A DNA stretch of 63,036 bases, counting the filler, from Choristocarpus tenellus KU-1152 (Eukaryota; Protista; Phaeophyceae): NCBI GenBank assembly GCA_964200185.2. It is 12 parts of 12 records of this genome, joined end to end, with 100 filler letters (N's around TTAATTAATTAA, not from the genome) between each part and the next. Parts side by side here need not be neighbours in the genome. Positions count along the whole stretch, not along the records: positions 1 to 17,402 come from CAXNAD020000677.1; 11 more parts are not named here. One strand, given 5' to 3'. Positions within the stretch are counted from its first letter, which is position 1; the number at the start of each line of letters is the position of its first letter. The translations under genes were made by a program, and so were the position numbers. A model generated the notes under the pieces. The model had not been told where the DNA came from. It saw nothing but the letters and a program-made list of their open reading frames with translations, and searched no databases. Below are positions 1-14,300 of this stretch, piece by piece.

Positions 1-132
1 TTTCTCTTTTTTTGGCGTGATTTATCCCCCCTTTTCCACTTTTAAATTAAAACAAAAAAAAGGTGTTTCACCCAAACGGGCCCCCCCCCCCCACCCCCCC
101 CCCCCCCCCCCCCCCCCCAGATACTTTGACCC
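1..132. mobile_element. End of G/C-tract MITE family B at contig start
   Basis: Poly-C followed by CAGATACTTTGACCC, the reverse complement of the GGGTCAAAGTATCTGGGG end at 29077; same terminus as the full copy at 32648-32828. Confidence 0.7.
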
Positions 133-299
133 AAGGATGGATCAAGTCCAGGGGGGCGGGGAGAATCGTGTATGTAGTGTATGTGGTATGTGTTTCTCTT
201 ACAAGCGATGGGTATATTGTCGGCGTTGGCGCTGGGAAGAAAAGAGGAAGATGTAATTTTTGCACGAGCTTACCGATTGGCAGACTTCTAGGAGAAAAG

Positions 300-1730
300 G
301 CGGTGATGGTTGTAGGTGTGTATGGACAATCTGTGCAGTCTTTCATAAGTGCAGATTGTGTTATCTTCACGCGACGCATCGTGTCGATGTGAAGGGAGTG
401 GCGGGTGTGGCATAAGTTCCAACGATATATATGTTGTGTGTTTGTTATGTACGTGGGCGAGGGGTGTACGTGTCGGGGATGTCGCCATCAGTGGCAAACA
501 GAGGCGGAATTTGTTGGTGGGGGGGGAGGAGGGTCGTCATGCGGAGTGTGCCTACCTTTGTGACAATTGTCTACCCAGGAGGAACCTTGTGACCTTTGTG
601 ATAGCGCCCCTCTTCCTCTGGTGTCGGATCCCTCAAGGTGTACTGAGTTTTTGTTGCCTTGATAGTATTCACTAGAGATGAGGTTCCCGGCATGCACACT
701 CCGTTTAGTTCCAGTCTCCTGGCGGCAAACTTCACCACAGCCCCGACTCCATCGGACAAGGACTTCCCGTGGCATTAGGCAAAGAAGTTGTGTACCACGG
801 AAATTCCCATCTGCGCTAAGACTGTGAAAACCACCACATCTGCCATCTGTTCTTGAATTGGCTCCTGCAGCCATCAGACCAGATGTGTAGGACCTCTAGA
901 GTCTGTCCATATTCGCTGGCTAGAGGTATTAGACGGTCCTTCACAAGCATCTCCACGGCATTCTGGACGAACTCGTTGTCCTGGCTTCGGTCTTCACTGC
1001 ACACCGTCATGCTGAGAGCCCAAACCCTTCCATTCCCGAGATTTCCCTCTTCTCTGAAATCCGTCAACCACCAGACAACGGTCAGAAGCGCCGTAAGGAA
1101 TAGGTTGAAGAACTCTTGTTGTGTCAAGTCCTGGTGGTTGTGTTGCAGGTGGGCGCTGAAGTCCATGGACATGGCAGCATGTCCTTTGAGGAGGCGGGCT
1201 TTGCAGTGCTTGTATTGTTGCGCCTGCCAAATGGTGGTGTTGTGATGAAGGAAGAAGCTTTTCTCGAAGTTTGCAAATATGGCTTTTAGGAGTGTGGTGA
1301 ATCCCTGTCCTTGGGAACAGCACCTGCATGGAACGGGCGAGGTGGTCGCGTATTGGGAGTTATTGCTGGTATCGTACCTCATGGTGATTCGGGCTGAGTT
1401 CTCTGGTGTAACCGATTTTGTACGGTGCTGTGGAAGGGAGTATCTGCTGGTTGTTTGAGGAATACGCCGTGTGTGAGACGCATGCAACGTGCAGCGTAAC
1501 TATTATTGGAATGAAAATGTCGCTCTCACCTTTCGCCCCCGACTGTGTTTGTCCGTGGGCCCTGTGGCGTCTTCGTCGTCGTTATCCTCGGTCCTGTTCC
1601 TCCTGAGGTCGGGGGCGGACTCTCCCACCATGCACTTAGCGATAATCAAATCATCCGCCATGAGATTGACCGCCCTCAGCTCCGCATATAGGCCAGAGTT
1701 GTCATCGTATCACATATCATACTCACGTTG
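300..1730 (-). pseudogene. Decayed Sola2-like DNA transposase
   Basis: ORF 816-1487 has MDFSAH...Q..F...SED...HIWSDGCRSQFKN. After a frameshift and stop it continues HNFFA*CHGKSLSDGVGAVVK (about 735-810), matching the DFSEN / SDG.ASQFKN / HGKG..DG motif series I associate with Sola2 transposases. Boundaries approximate. Confidence 0.7.
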
Positions 1731-2306
1731 AGGATCAGACCTGTCTTATCATATGTTTTTAAAAGCATGTCTGCTACAATGTTACAGCCCTAAAATATAA
1801 TACATCTATCAAACAACTCTTCTCCATCCGCGCGGCTAACCTTTCCAAACGATTCGCCAAGGGCAGCGATGAATACCCTGTCCTTCTGTGAGCCATTATT
1901 TTTTCCTTGTACATGATAACGCACCTCCCCCATTCTTTTCAATACTGTATGCACCACCTCTTGCTTTGCCCAACTGTCGACGAACTAGTTTCGATCAAGT
2001 GTAGTCATTCGAATCGTAGGGGATCATATGCCTAACTATGTCCGCCCACGATGCCCCTAACCACAGCACCAGCCCAGAACCTGTGGAAGTGTACCTTGAG
2101 CTACTTTCCTCGGAATGTACCACAATATTCCTTGACCAATAACCACTCGTAAACACTAAGAGTTCCGTCCACACCTTTTGCCGTACCTCATACCAACAAC
2201 TTCAACCTAACACCCTCGGCGACAACAACCACGTCTTACTGCATACAACATCCAACAAATGCACACAAACAAACGTATGTGATAGATTTAAACTGTGCAA
2301 CAAACA

Positions 2307-2563
2307 GAGCGAAGGCGTCTTTAATGGCACGAGTTTTGCCCCGCTTATCCCTTTAGTGCTTGACTTCTAACGCATTTTGATGACATTTACCTACTCTGAA
2401 ACGTTTCTAACTAGGAACATATATATGTTATGAAAAAGGTGCGTCCAGAACAACGATATTGACACTTGCCAACAAACACGATAGCCAAATATACACCAAA
2501 ATCACAATTTTGGTGTTTGATCCCCATTTCGACACCGCTCTACCCTCTAGGACACTTTAGCTC
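2307..2563 (-). mobile_element. MITE family A (~260 bp), diverged copy
   Basis: Reverse-complement similarity to 48639-48899 (…aacaaacacgatagccaaat…taccctctaggacactttagctc); GAG…CTC termini. Confidence 0.75.
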
Positions 2564-3089
2564 CGTATATTTTGGTTCGTTGTGCACACGTCGAGAGAAC
2601 AGACCCAAACCGACAATCCTCTATGTGTACATTTCATAAACAACCAATGCAACCAAATAAACGAACAGAGCAACCCCGCAGCAGACGTCATTTTTTTCTA
2701 TTCCTCATACACAATGACAAAACACACCCTAACCGACAACCCTCTTTGGGTGCTAACCAAATCCCAGTCATGCAAAAAAAAAACTGGAACAGCCTACCAA
2801 GTATATCTCTTGTTCTTCATCATAACTGCACGACCAACACACATAAACCAAAAAACCTATTTGACCAGACTCGACATCCGACACATGCAAACGTCCAAAC
2901 TCCTCCCCCAATCAAAACCCGATTATTAAATGGTGGCATATATCCCCGTTGTCCTTGCGTATGCAAGGACAGAAATGAACCTAACCAACAGTCTTCTTTT
3001 TGCTGACATTTCAAATCCGACACGCGCGACTAAATCACACCAAAAAGGGACAAATCGAAAAAGAGTGAAAAACGGACGCCGGCACCCCC

Positions 3090-3530
3090 CCAAGGTTTTC
3101 TGGATGAGCTAGCTACGCACGCGGTAGGGGGGAGAGGGACAGGAGGCTACATAAGAAAAGGGGCTGACCAATCCTGTCTCCACCAAATAGTCTCCGCCAC
3201 AACGCAGGTAGCCTTATCCCGACTTGTCGTGCGTTTTAAGCTGGAGACACCAGGGAGATGGGCAAGGAGGGGTTTGTTATATTCTTGGGATGCTTCCCTA
3301 GCTCCTCAACCTGGGGTGCAGGACTAAGCTAGGTTGTAGGCACAGGAAGGCTGTGGTGCAGCATAGCTGATAGTAAAATAGTAATAGATGAATGTCTTTC
3401 ACATTTATGACAACTATTACTTTTCTAGGGGTTTTTCTGACATGTGAATAGTTGCCATTCTTTTTTCTTCCAGACACATCTCCAAATGCCAGAGGGCATC
3501 ATAATATAAGAAGGAATAAAGGTGGTGAAC
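3090..3530 (+). mobile_element. 3' fragment of CRE-like non-LTR retrotransposon
   Basis: Collinear with 49550-49970 (FLDELATHAVGG…RFKLE plus 3' UTR ending cagagggcatcataata). Confidence 0.75.
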
Positions 3531-3624
3531 ATCAGGGACCAGGTAAAACATGAATTTGTAATAATTAGCATTGTAACTCCCACACTTACATATTCAAATC
3601 ACCGTCCGTGCGTTGGACAATTAT

Positions 3625-3890
3625 GCTGAGATGAGAAAGCGCACCCACTACGAGGGTTCTTTTGACCCTCGTAGTTTTAACCTAACACCTTTGAGGTAGA
3701 AAGTCTTGGGCACCTCGGTAAGCAAGTATAAAGTTTTCTGGATGAGTTGGCTACGCATGCGGTAGGGGGGCTCCCGTCCGGGAGACTACAACAGGAAAGG
3801 GGCTGTCAAATCCCGTTTACGACAGATAGTGCCCGTCACAACGCAAGCGCATCTATCAAGACCTTTCATCCATTTTAAGTTGGAGACATG
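3625..3890 (+). mobile_element. Second CRE-like endonuclease-region fragment
   Basis: AEMRKRTHYEGSFDPRSFNL…FLDELATHAVGG matches 49440-49700. Confidence 0.7.
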
Positions 3891-4072
3891 AAGGAAATGT
3901 ACAAATCTCATGTTTTGATTATAGAAAAGAACAATTACGAACAACTCTTACATCACTACAAATATCAAGACCTTTCATCCATTTTAAGTTGGTGATATGA
4001 AGGATATGTACAAATATTATGTTTTGATTATAGAAAAGAACAATTATGAACAACTCTTACATCACTACAAAT
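3853..4072 (+). repeat. ~110-bp tandem duplication
   Basis: Two near-identical units tatcaagacctttcatcc…ctcttacatcactacaaat. Confidence 0.8.
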
Positions 4073-4319
4073 AATAGTACTATGATTTTGTGTTGTTTAT
4101 ATTTGGTTCTACTGTTCTATGACAAAATAGTGTATGTTCATTCTAAACAGGGCTGTCGTAGAAGCTTTAGTCCAGCAGAATATTGGGTAACATTGCATCT
4201 ATCTCTAGTGTGTCATGTCTGTAGTTTGTTATGTGGTCACGCTCAATACTGGTTGAGTTACCCTCGGCTAAAAAATGTTGAAAATATGTACCCATACATA
4301 TTTTACCTCTTTCTGTACC

Positions 4320-4410
4320 TATATATTATTTTACTATTGTGCCCTCTGACATTTTGCAGATGTGTCAGGGGGGAAACCAATGAATATGTCGTTATTACCT
4401 ATATATTATT
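4320..4410 (-). mobile_element. Inverted 3' tail of the CRE-like element
   Basis: Reverse complement of 49880-49965 (ggtttcccccctgacacatct…gtcagagggca). Confidence 0.65.
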
Positions 4411-5279
4411 GTAATATGGCGTCCTCTGACATTTTCCAGATATGTAAAAAAAAAGCCAAACTTGTATCAAAAAGGCTTTCGTCAAAAGTAACTGTCGGTA
4501 GAATAGAAGATACCTATCGAAGAAAGATTTACTATCTGAAAACTACCTATACAACAATACTTTGTTGAAGGTTGGAATTACCATGTAATACAACCCTGTT
4601 GCTATGCCTCTATCCCAGCTTAGACTTAAAAAGGTGGGCGAGGAGCTTGGGAAACATCTCAAGAATTTGACAGACCCCTCCTTGCTCATAAGCGTGTCTC
4701 TAACTTCAAACCCATGACATGTTTAGATAGTTCCTTGTTGTAGGGATGTAGATAATACATCTTATTATTAAATTATGCTGTCTAACATTTTGGTGATGTT
4801 GCAAAAGGGAAAAACCAATGAAAACAATTCACTTGTCAGAAGAATATATCAGTTCTCATTGGGTTCATGTTGCGTATCTGTACCAAATCTCCGAAAAAAT
4901 GTAGAAATATTTGTTGGTTCCACCCATCCTTTCAAGAATTATAGAAACGAGGAAGGCGTTCAAATAAGTTGAGTTAAGGTCTCTCTCCCTAATAATTTGT
5001 GGCTGTGAGGAAAAATAACAATAATATCTCATTTGTCAACATCTCAGCATTGCTGTTGGAGGACTTATCCTATTCCACGGAGTGAAAAATATTGGAGTAC
5101 AAAATAGTTTGAGAATAATTGATAGTGCCAAAATAGTTTGGCACTTCTCAACTGTATCTCTGTGTAATTATTATCAGTTCATCGATGTTCTTTATGAGTC
5201 TTAAAACAGTTCCGTGGAATATGCTCCAAATTTCGTTTTCGACACTTTGTTTTTTATCAACAGCTTCTTGATTTTCCAG

Positions 5280-5289
5280 NNNNNNNNNN
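5280..5289. other. Intra-contig scaffold gap (10 N)
   Basis: Run of N without the TTAATTAATTAA linker. Confidence 0.95.
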
Positions 5290-5385
5290 CAAAGCATGCA
5301 AGGTGGTGACAATAGAAAGGGACATCACTACCTCTATTGTACCCAACACACTCACCTGGATAGGAATAAGTTTGTTCTTGGCAGC

Positions 5386-8300
5386 ATGGATGATCTTCTC
5401 TCCAGGTCCTTCACGAAGAAACCACTCCGAGTCGTTCGCGCCGAGGAAAATAATGGAGAACTGGAGAGGAAACTAGGGTTCTGGGACCTGGTTGGTGTTG
5501 GTGTTGGTGGCACGATTGGCAGGTTAGTTATTTATAGATTCTTTGTATCCGGGCTTTGTTCGGAGACCAAGCTCGGAATCGTCATCTGTCATGTCTGGAG
5601 GGATTGTCGTGGGGGATTCTCTACATCTTTTTTTCGGGGATAATGCATATCTCAACACAACTTCTCTTGCCATACACTTTTTGTGCCCAGCGGAGTGTTT
5701 GTGGTGTCAGGTGCCATTGCTCACGATATTGCAGGCCCTGCTGGGGTATTTTCTTGGATTTTAGCAGGGATAGGCTTTATACTAAGTGGAATGGCCTTCG
5801 CTGAGCTGTCATGGCGAGTACCATCATCAGGAGGGTAAGGATGTTTGTTTGTCATCAACGACGGAGTGACATCACACATCTAAATTTCTCGCCCCAAACG
5901 AAGCTCATCTATCCCACCGCTGACGATTCTTAACTCCACTTTGCACCCGCCTTTTCGTAGGGCCTACACGTATTCCTTTGTGGCATTGGGCGAGCTGCCA
6001 GCAGTAGTGGTTGCCTGGTGCCTGACGCTAGAGTGCGGCGTAACCTCGGGCGCTGTTTCAAGGAGCTGGGGGGATAAGGTGACATATTTGTGTAGCAGTA
6101 TATGTCATGTATACGCGGATTTTGTGCGCACATTTGCGCTCTGAGTTGCAACGTTACCCTCGTCCTGTATTGTGTGCGCTTCTTGCATAATTTATTACGT
6201 AACTTACCTCAACATCATACAATACATACCCCCCTCACACCACACAGTGGTGCATGGACAAAATGCGAGATGAGATAGAGATATAGAGTGAGAGAGCGAG
6301 AAAGAGAGAGTGAGATTGATAAAGATGACCGGAATTTGAAGTCCTCCAATCTACTGGGTTGAAGAAAGTAGGAGAAGTGAGTTGGCCGGTGATTGGTGAT
6401 TATTTGATGCATGATGAAATTGCGGACAGAGTGCCTACGATTGATGAAACCAATCAAGAGATTGCAGGGGCAGCAATTCTGGGATTTCATGGTGATGACT
6501 ACGTCAATGCTTGAGTTACCCACAAAAACACTCCGCAATATCTGCTTTGCAGAGCAATATCTGCTGATACAATGAAACACTCCTTTGCATTGTTGCACAA
6601 CATGGACATGAGAACTGCTAATTTCAATCCGATCTCTAACCCCCCCCTATTGATTTCTATTGCTGTTCTCTTTCGCTACATATTGTTAGATGGGGCTATG
6701 GCTCGCCCATGAGGGTATTGGGGGGGGAGTGGATGATGACGTGGAAGGAGTTGGCGGGGCATGGGGGTCATTTGGAGTATCGAACGTGCTTGCAGGCATC
6801 CTACAGGCAGTATGCGTTGCTATTGTTGTGGGTGGAGTGAAAGCCAGCACTGTCAGCATCAATGCCTTCAGCATTATGAAGGTGATCCTACCCCGTTACC
6901 TCCTCGATTTGTTGGGCTGTTACATGATGTGTGTGTGTGCATGATGTAGATGTCTTGAATACGACAAATGACTAATTTTCTTTTTCCTGGAAACCTCTAT
7001 TGGGCCATTTCTCCGCCATGATTTCCGATGTACTCCGGAGTACATCTTTGGTCCAACTGTGCCTGTGCCCATGCCTTAGTTCCAGCCCTGCAATCAATAC
7101 CGATGTGTCTGTTGTTGCTTTTTTTGTTCAGTAGGAAGAGTGCAGATAGTTATTTCGAATCCAACAATGAACCCTTGACTGAAAGAGTTGCCAATTGGAT
7201 GAACTCAATGTGAGACTATCCATCCTCTCATTTCCTCGTGTGCACATGCTGACGCGACACAGTGGCATCTCTCAATGGTTGACGCGCTTTTGAAACCTTG
7301 TCCCTTGACCCTCTGCCCCGTTATTTATATTACTCGTTATTGATGTGGAAAGCGGTATCTCAGGTTGTCATTCCGTTCCATTCGAACAAAAGTATGCCGC
7401 AGCAATCGAATCAAGCTGTTTGTACACCGTGCTGTTTATACGTTAGGTTTGCATTGCGGTCTTGTAACATTTGACGTTTTTATCCTCTTCCACATCACAT
7501 CACCATATCCCTGTCATCTGAATGTGGTGACTCTCTTTGTGTTGACTCTCTTTTTTTCCCTACTGATTGAGTCTCTTTAAACCACTCGAGTGCCTTGTTG
7601 ACCTTTCCCTGTCTCGTCAAGTACCTCGACCTACAGCCGGGTTGGTTTGGTTATCTCTTAAAAAACCTTTTCCTTCTTCAAAAATAGTAACAGTAATGTG
7701 ACACGAGGACACTGTTGTTGTGAAATCCCCCCCTATCTTTGCCATCGCCGCTTTCTCCTGTATTCCCCCACCTGCCTCTTTAATTGCTATCTGCGATAGT
7801 TATTGCTTGTTGTGTTCATGGTGGTGACTGCACTCTTCCTCTTCTCAGCTGAGAATTTGATACCCTTTTCTCCTAACGGGTCCAGTGGGGTATTGCGTGG
7901 CGCAGTGGCATCTTTCTTTGGATACACAGGCTTCGACAAGGTTAGCGTTTTTGGGTGTAGATGTGTTATTCTACTCCGAATTAGTTGGCATGTATTTTAT
8001 TTGCGCCTCTTCATGCTTTTATGTATGTATGTATGTGTGCATGCACAAAGGTTTGTATGTAGGTTTGTATGTAGGTTTGTATGTAGGTTTTGTGTATGTC
8101 TTGTGCGTATGTATATATGTGAGTATATTGAACACATGTTTTAGACACAAAATGTGAACTTTCAAGCTTCCTCTTCTCTCCATGGACTCATGCGATAGTG
8201 CACTCTTGGGGTACTACTACTAGAGCTCTAATGAACTACACGTTACCGCTTTGGCAATTTTTTAGCATGCATATTTTTTTTGTTTGTCAATTCTTATTGC

Positions 8301-11300
8301 GTGATCAAGAATCGCTGTTTTTCATTTCGTAATGCGACCTCTATTTTGAGGTTGTACATCAAAGAAGTTTTTCTGGTTCTTCCGACAATTTTTTTCTTAC
8401 AGGTTTGTTCCCTTTCCCATATAATAGTGCCGCATCTTGTGTTGAAGACTGTGTATGCTGTTTCTGTTCAACCCGAGACCTCTAAGTTGCGAGTGGGTTA
8501 TACTTTTTTTTTTAAGAAATCCGTACTGCTTAGAAGTGTAATGATGATAACCATTGTTATTTTTAATATATTTCCATACAACTTCGCCTGTATCTCCTCT
8601 CCTCCCATCGTTTTGCACAGCATACGTTACGTGCCTATATCCCCCCGTTACTTTTTGCTGTGGAGTATGAGGCAAAAAAAAAATTATGTTTTATTTTTGC
8701 ATCAACCTTTTCATTGTCACTGTTGCCGCACGCCTCCTCTATTCAGCGTAACTCTAAACATATTCTGTGTTTTGAGAAATAACCCCTTGGGAAGACAGTT
8801 GTTCCGGCTTCACAGTGGTGAGCATAGAAAGCTAGTAGACTAAATTGGATTTCGATGATGTTTTGGAGTTACCCCATAATAGGGTTTTGTGGGATTTCCA
8901 CAAGAAATGGAAGTCTTGTACCATCTTGTTCGAAATATGGAGGTGGGTCACAGGTTACTCAGGGAAATTCCCTTTTTTCCGTTGATTGAGGAAATATTAT
9001 TGTTTTTTTCAATATGTTTTTCCTTTGATCATTGGGGATCTGCACAAGATTTTGCAGATGGAATTATTATCTCAATAGGTAATAGAATTTATGCCAGTTT
9101 TTTGGAGAGTTTTCAAACCATACCGCCGACTTGGAACTTCAGCCCTGGTTTTGTCATTGAAGCATGTACAGTCCATGATAATAGTGGTTCCTTTTGTCTT
9201 CTGTCTTTTTGAAAACTGCTGTTGAAGAACATGGGAGAGGAGCGCATTTAGGGCAGGTTACTGTCTTGCAACTAGAGATAGTGCTTGAAAGTATCTGGTC
9301 ACGTCATCTATTCGTGTAAGGCAGGGCCGTCAGTGGGAATGGATTATCGGGTGCAGAGCAGTGGGAAGACCCCCGCCAGAGGAAGTGGTATTAAGAGAGA
9401 ATTTACAGAGGAAGGCAGTCGTCAGGTTCACACAGAGGTGAAGGAGTGAGGAAGAGAAAGTGTCCTGGGCTTGGTTACCTATCCCCTCCCAGAACACCTC
9501 TTCAACATGACATGGCGACAAAGAAGCGAGTGCGACATAAGGGTTAGGGAAGTCATGCTCCATCTCGAGACTGGAGGGATATGGTAGTGGTAGCAGAAGA
9601 GCGTCTCTCATCGTGGGTGTACTCTCAGCAAGACTTATCTGTACACAATAGTTTTTTTTTTTGGGGCTCTCTGCAACCGCGAACTTACCTCTCGGAACTT
9701 GGGGGGTGAATTTGATTGGGATTAAAAAACTTTCGCCACTTGTCATTGGTCAGCAATAAAAGAATAAGGATATTGTCTGGGCACCGGGGGAGAGAGATCA
9801 GGACTTTCAGAATTGTCTCTGATATAGCCTTTTTTTTTGGCAGGGGCCTTTACTGACTTATCTGCTGACTAGTTTGGAAAATTTCTGGCTTTCCAGCAAC
9901 TGTAAATAGCATTCGGGAGAGACAGTAAAGAGACAGTAAAGAGACAGTGCGTTATGCAATTGCTGTGAAGAGTGGAAGCAATTCCACCTTGACCAAACCA
10001 AACCAACCGATCCCTGCATATAAACACTACATTTGGGCATTTCTAGTCCAAGGTTGAGGGACAGGATGCAAATGGTAAGGATACATGCGTTTGCTGAAGG
10101 AAGTGGAGGACATGTGTAAGGGGACTCCACTTGTTTTCTGCGATATTGTTGTGGATGGACAACATGAGATGCAGAGTGGAAAGCACAGGTTCTAAGACAG
10201 CTTCTCTTAACCCTTGTGGTCAGTAGGTGGTGATGGGATGAGGGCTGGGTCCAGTGCAATTTTAGTTCTCAACTCTGAACCTTGGTTTGGTTTGACTGGA
10301 GCATTTAAGGTGCTCCGAAGACAGAAATGTTCATTTCCAAGAAGGTTTGGAAATGACAACTCTTTTCTGTCTGGAATGGAGATGAGAAAAGGCAAAGCGT
10401 GCAAATTGGCAAACGATGGAAAGCGCATATTTGAAAGCACATATTTGCATACTGGGGTGTTGTCCTCTATGTTGAACAAGGTCTATGTTGAACAAGGTCG
10501 AAGTTTGAGTTCAAATGGCAGGGATATGGCATGGAGCAATATAGGCCGCCTGTGCGATGTCTGATTTCTTTCCGAAAAGTTGACTCGGCTCACACCAATC
10601 CCCTACATCTTTCTGAAACATATGCTACGAACTTTGATCTTGCACCTTGTTGAGTGTCTGAGAGACTCCAGAACAACCACCTGAAGATGGACGATTAGGA
10701 TGGGCATGTGAGATAAGAGATTGTAATCCTATTGGAACCCCACTAGTTTGTCAAGGAAAACGTGATGTTTGTGCTTGCTGCCTGGAAAGAAGGACGTAAG
10801 TAGCTGGTCATCAGTCAGGTTCAGACGTAAGTAGCGTTAGTGTAGAAGTGTATCGTATCATGCGTAGACTTTGTTCGCGTGTGTCCGGACAGTGATGTTG
10901 TTTGAAGTGCATGGAAGTTTTTAAAATATAGGCGGATTTTTTTTTTATGTTTTTTAGAAATTATTATTTTTTATGGTTCGATAGTACGGACTACATTCAC
11001 AAAACCAATAGAAATCGTTCAAGGTCATCCTCTGCAACTGATAGTTTGTTGAGGTGGTAAGGGTGAGAGGTTGTATGTCTGATGAGGGGCAGGGGCGTTG
11101 GATGTGGCATGTTTTGGACTGTCGCAGAAAGTAGGGGCTAGGCTGTGGGTATACCATGGGTTTCACTCTGAAACAGAGGGGCATCAGGCAATAGTATGTT
11201 TTTGCTGGTTGATGGAAAGCAGTGATAACACAACATCATAGGCCAAGGATTCAACCGGTCAATGTGCTGTCAGTATCTTCCATGAACTGAAGATATCTTA

Positions 11301-14300
11301 GAGCCAAATGATTATGAAAAGTTTGATTATCTGCTCTCCAAATGTCTTGTTGGCAGTGTTTATTATTGACATGCAAAATAGCCACTCTTTGTGGGGCAAC
11401 TGGAATGTTACATAGCGATCGTTGGTTTATTTTTCTGAGATTGCGTACAGTTCTTAGTGATTGGTGTTGTTGTTTGGTGGGTGGATGCATGTTAGGCACG
11501 TAAACTGTCACTGCCTAGGTCAGATGCATCGTATGTCCCACAAAACGGTTTGGAAAATTCGGGTTTGTGTAAAAGTAGGGAAGGCGTCAAAAGAGTGAAA
11601 GTATCTTAAGAGGGTATGAGTTTTGCCCAGTTTGTCTGTTGGGGGCTTGACTTCCCACATATTTTTTTTTCATGACATCTTCCTACTCGGAATATCGGAG
11701 TTGGTAAGGCGTTTATGTTATGAAGAGTTGTGTCTGGAACAAGGATATTGACGCTTCCTAACAAACATGACAGCCAAAATTACATCAGAATCGCAGCATT
11801 GGATTTTGATCCCCGAATGGATGTGGCTTTACCCTCTATGATACTTTTGACTCTCAATCCATTTTTTTGTTTGTTTGATGAACTGATGATGTCCATGGCC
11901 TACCTGATTCACTGGGTGGGCAGGTAGTGTGCTCTTCAGAGGTGAATTTTAGAAGGTGCTTGGTTGGATCCGCAAAACATGAGGGAAGAATCCCACATCA
12001 ATTGAATGTCAGTATGTAGTTGTTCTGGGAGTTGGTAGGTTGTTGATGGCAAAGGTTCTATTAATTGCAGCACTGATACTCTGACACTGGAAGCTACATG
12101 CCCTAGGAGTCGACTCAACTGCTTCAGGCTCAAAGGCATATATCTGGAAGATTTAGAGCTAGGTGAGCAGCTTGTGGGGCAGTGAGAATTGTTTTGATTC
12201 TGCAAGAATGAGGCTGGCAATATAGTACAAGATACCTGGACCCTGATACAAATCAACCAAAAGATTGGTGGTCGTATGTTGGAGAGTGATACGCACATTA
12301 CTGATTAGAGATGTTACGTTTTTCTGTTCAAGTTTCCCTTTGTGGTTGACAATGAAACCAGACTTATGACTGTCTGCATTGACCACAGGAATATGATGGT
12401 AGGCTGATTGGACATTTGAAACGATGATTGATTTGCCTCCACCAATAGAATCGATGGGTTTTCCAGCTTGGGGTATGCATCTGATATGCTTTACTGCATG
12501 TTTGGTGATTTCAGTGACAAACAGTACGCAGTTTGAAGTATCATCAGTTTTGGATATTAAGAAACATAGGAGCACCAAGGACTAGGGTGTTCTTGAACAA
12601 AGTGCTTGATTTTCCAAATCTTGAAAAAACTTATCAGTTTTTTCTTGTACATTTTTTTTTAAATCACCAATTGGTTGGATTTTGGGCTCTTAGGTTAAGT
12701 AGCTGTACAAGTTCCAATATTTGAGGCGTTTAAGTAAATCACTTCACAAAATTGAGGGTATTCCCCAGAGTTCTGGGGATACTGTTGCTTGTTGAGAACT
12801 TGCTGTAATGCAGGGTCAAGACGGGTAAGATCCAGAGGAGCCAAGAGAAGGACAGTTGATGAGGATCTATCTTGGGGCAAACTTGGGAAAGGTGATGACA
12901 ACAGGACAAGTGTGTCCCATTGAAATACCTTTTGGAAGATGTTCGAAGTGGATGGATTGGCTGTTTGAATAAGACCAGAACATGCAGTTGCATCCCAAAT
13001 GTCACCTAACTTTTTGGCAATAGTGGTGAATTGTCGTGGATCTTGAGGGTTAGTGTTGTGTGATGACCATTCTTGCAATCATAATTATTTGTGTGGTTAC
13101 CGTTGTATTTATTATTACTGTGATGCCTTTTAATTATTATTGATCGCATTGGTCTAAGGGTTAGGGTTACATCGTTGAAGGAAGTAAGAGGAAGGCAATA
13201 CAAACTGCTTGAGAAAAGAAATGCAATGCATAAGATCAAGAAGAAAAAAGAGTGAATGAAGAAGTAAGAAGGAAGATAAAAGAAAAAAGTACTAAGGAAG
13301 AGAGGTGCACAACAAACACACTAACACGAAATATTTAGGATAGGATGTCAGCAGTGTTGTTCTACACCACCAGGTTCTATTAAGGGATCAAGGGAATCGT
13401 ACGTTATGGGCTCAACTTCGGTGTGGTTGAAGGACTGTATCTCAACTGGCGGAGGTTGGTCCAATGCTTAAGGCAGTTACAAGCGCCTGAAACTATTATT
13501 GAATGTTTTTTTTTTTACAAGAAATGAGCCGGGACAGCCTCGGAGTTTTTAGTAGTTGATTGAATTATTAGTGATTTGGCAGAACGGTGTGTGGTAGGGA
13601 CAGTGACGTTTCTCTGCTGGAAAGAGAAACGTTTTGGGTTTGCCAATTATGGGTTGTGGGAAATGCTTCAAGAGCACTGTTATCTACTACATGGAATATT
13701 GCTATTGGGGCCATAAGGTGGGCAGTATCCCCATGAGGAGAAGGACATCAAGGGTGTGTGCTGATGGAAAAAGTGCAGAAGATCTGCCAGATAATAGTCA
13801 GTGTGCTTGAACAGCACCAAGAATGACACAGGTAGGGCCCGTGTGCTCCACCCCTGAGGGAGAAGAGGAGAAGCTCCACCACCTCCCAACGCAATGCTCC
13901 AGCAGCACTAGGAGGAAGGCATAGGGGAGGCTGTGCCTGGGGAAAGGGATGGGCTCGCCAGGGGGAGCCTGTGGCTTCCTGTACAAAATATGTTGATTGA
14001 GCTAAACGCACATGTGTGGGTGTGGGGTCTGTATGTAACTTTGACCTTAGAAGTGGATAAAAGTAAATTCTGAACAAATGATAAAGACATCAGAGGTCAG
14101 GACCTTGCCAGACAGTGTAACAATAGATCACATTCTGGGCTAATCATCGCATCAATAGATCTCCTCAACATGAAGTTGAGCTGCAGGTGGAAGGAGAGGG
14201 TATGCGCTTGACGATACTTACAAATGTCTGCTGCTTCACCCCCATTGTAGTGATAGCTTCTAATATCTTCCGTATTACTGCATTTAAGTATTTGTCAGTG

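Noticed and set aside
17-392. Poly-Pro and poly-Gly ORFs
   Set aside because: They derive from the poly-C tract of a MITE end in low-quality contig-edge sequence
11730-11927. Recurrent small ORF 'GTRILTLPNKHDSQ' (also 21535-21720, 48572-48760) as a peptide family
   Set aside because: It is a chance frame within MITE family A; starts, stops and lengths are not conserved
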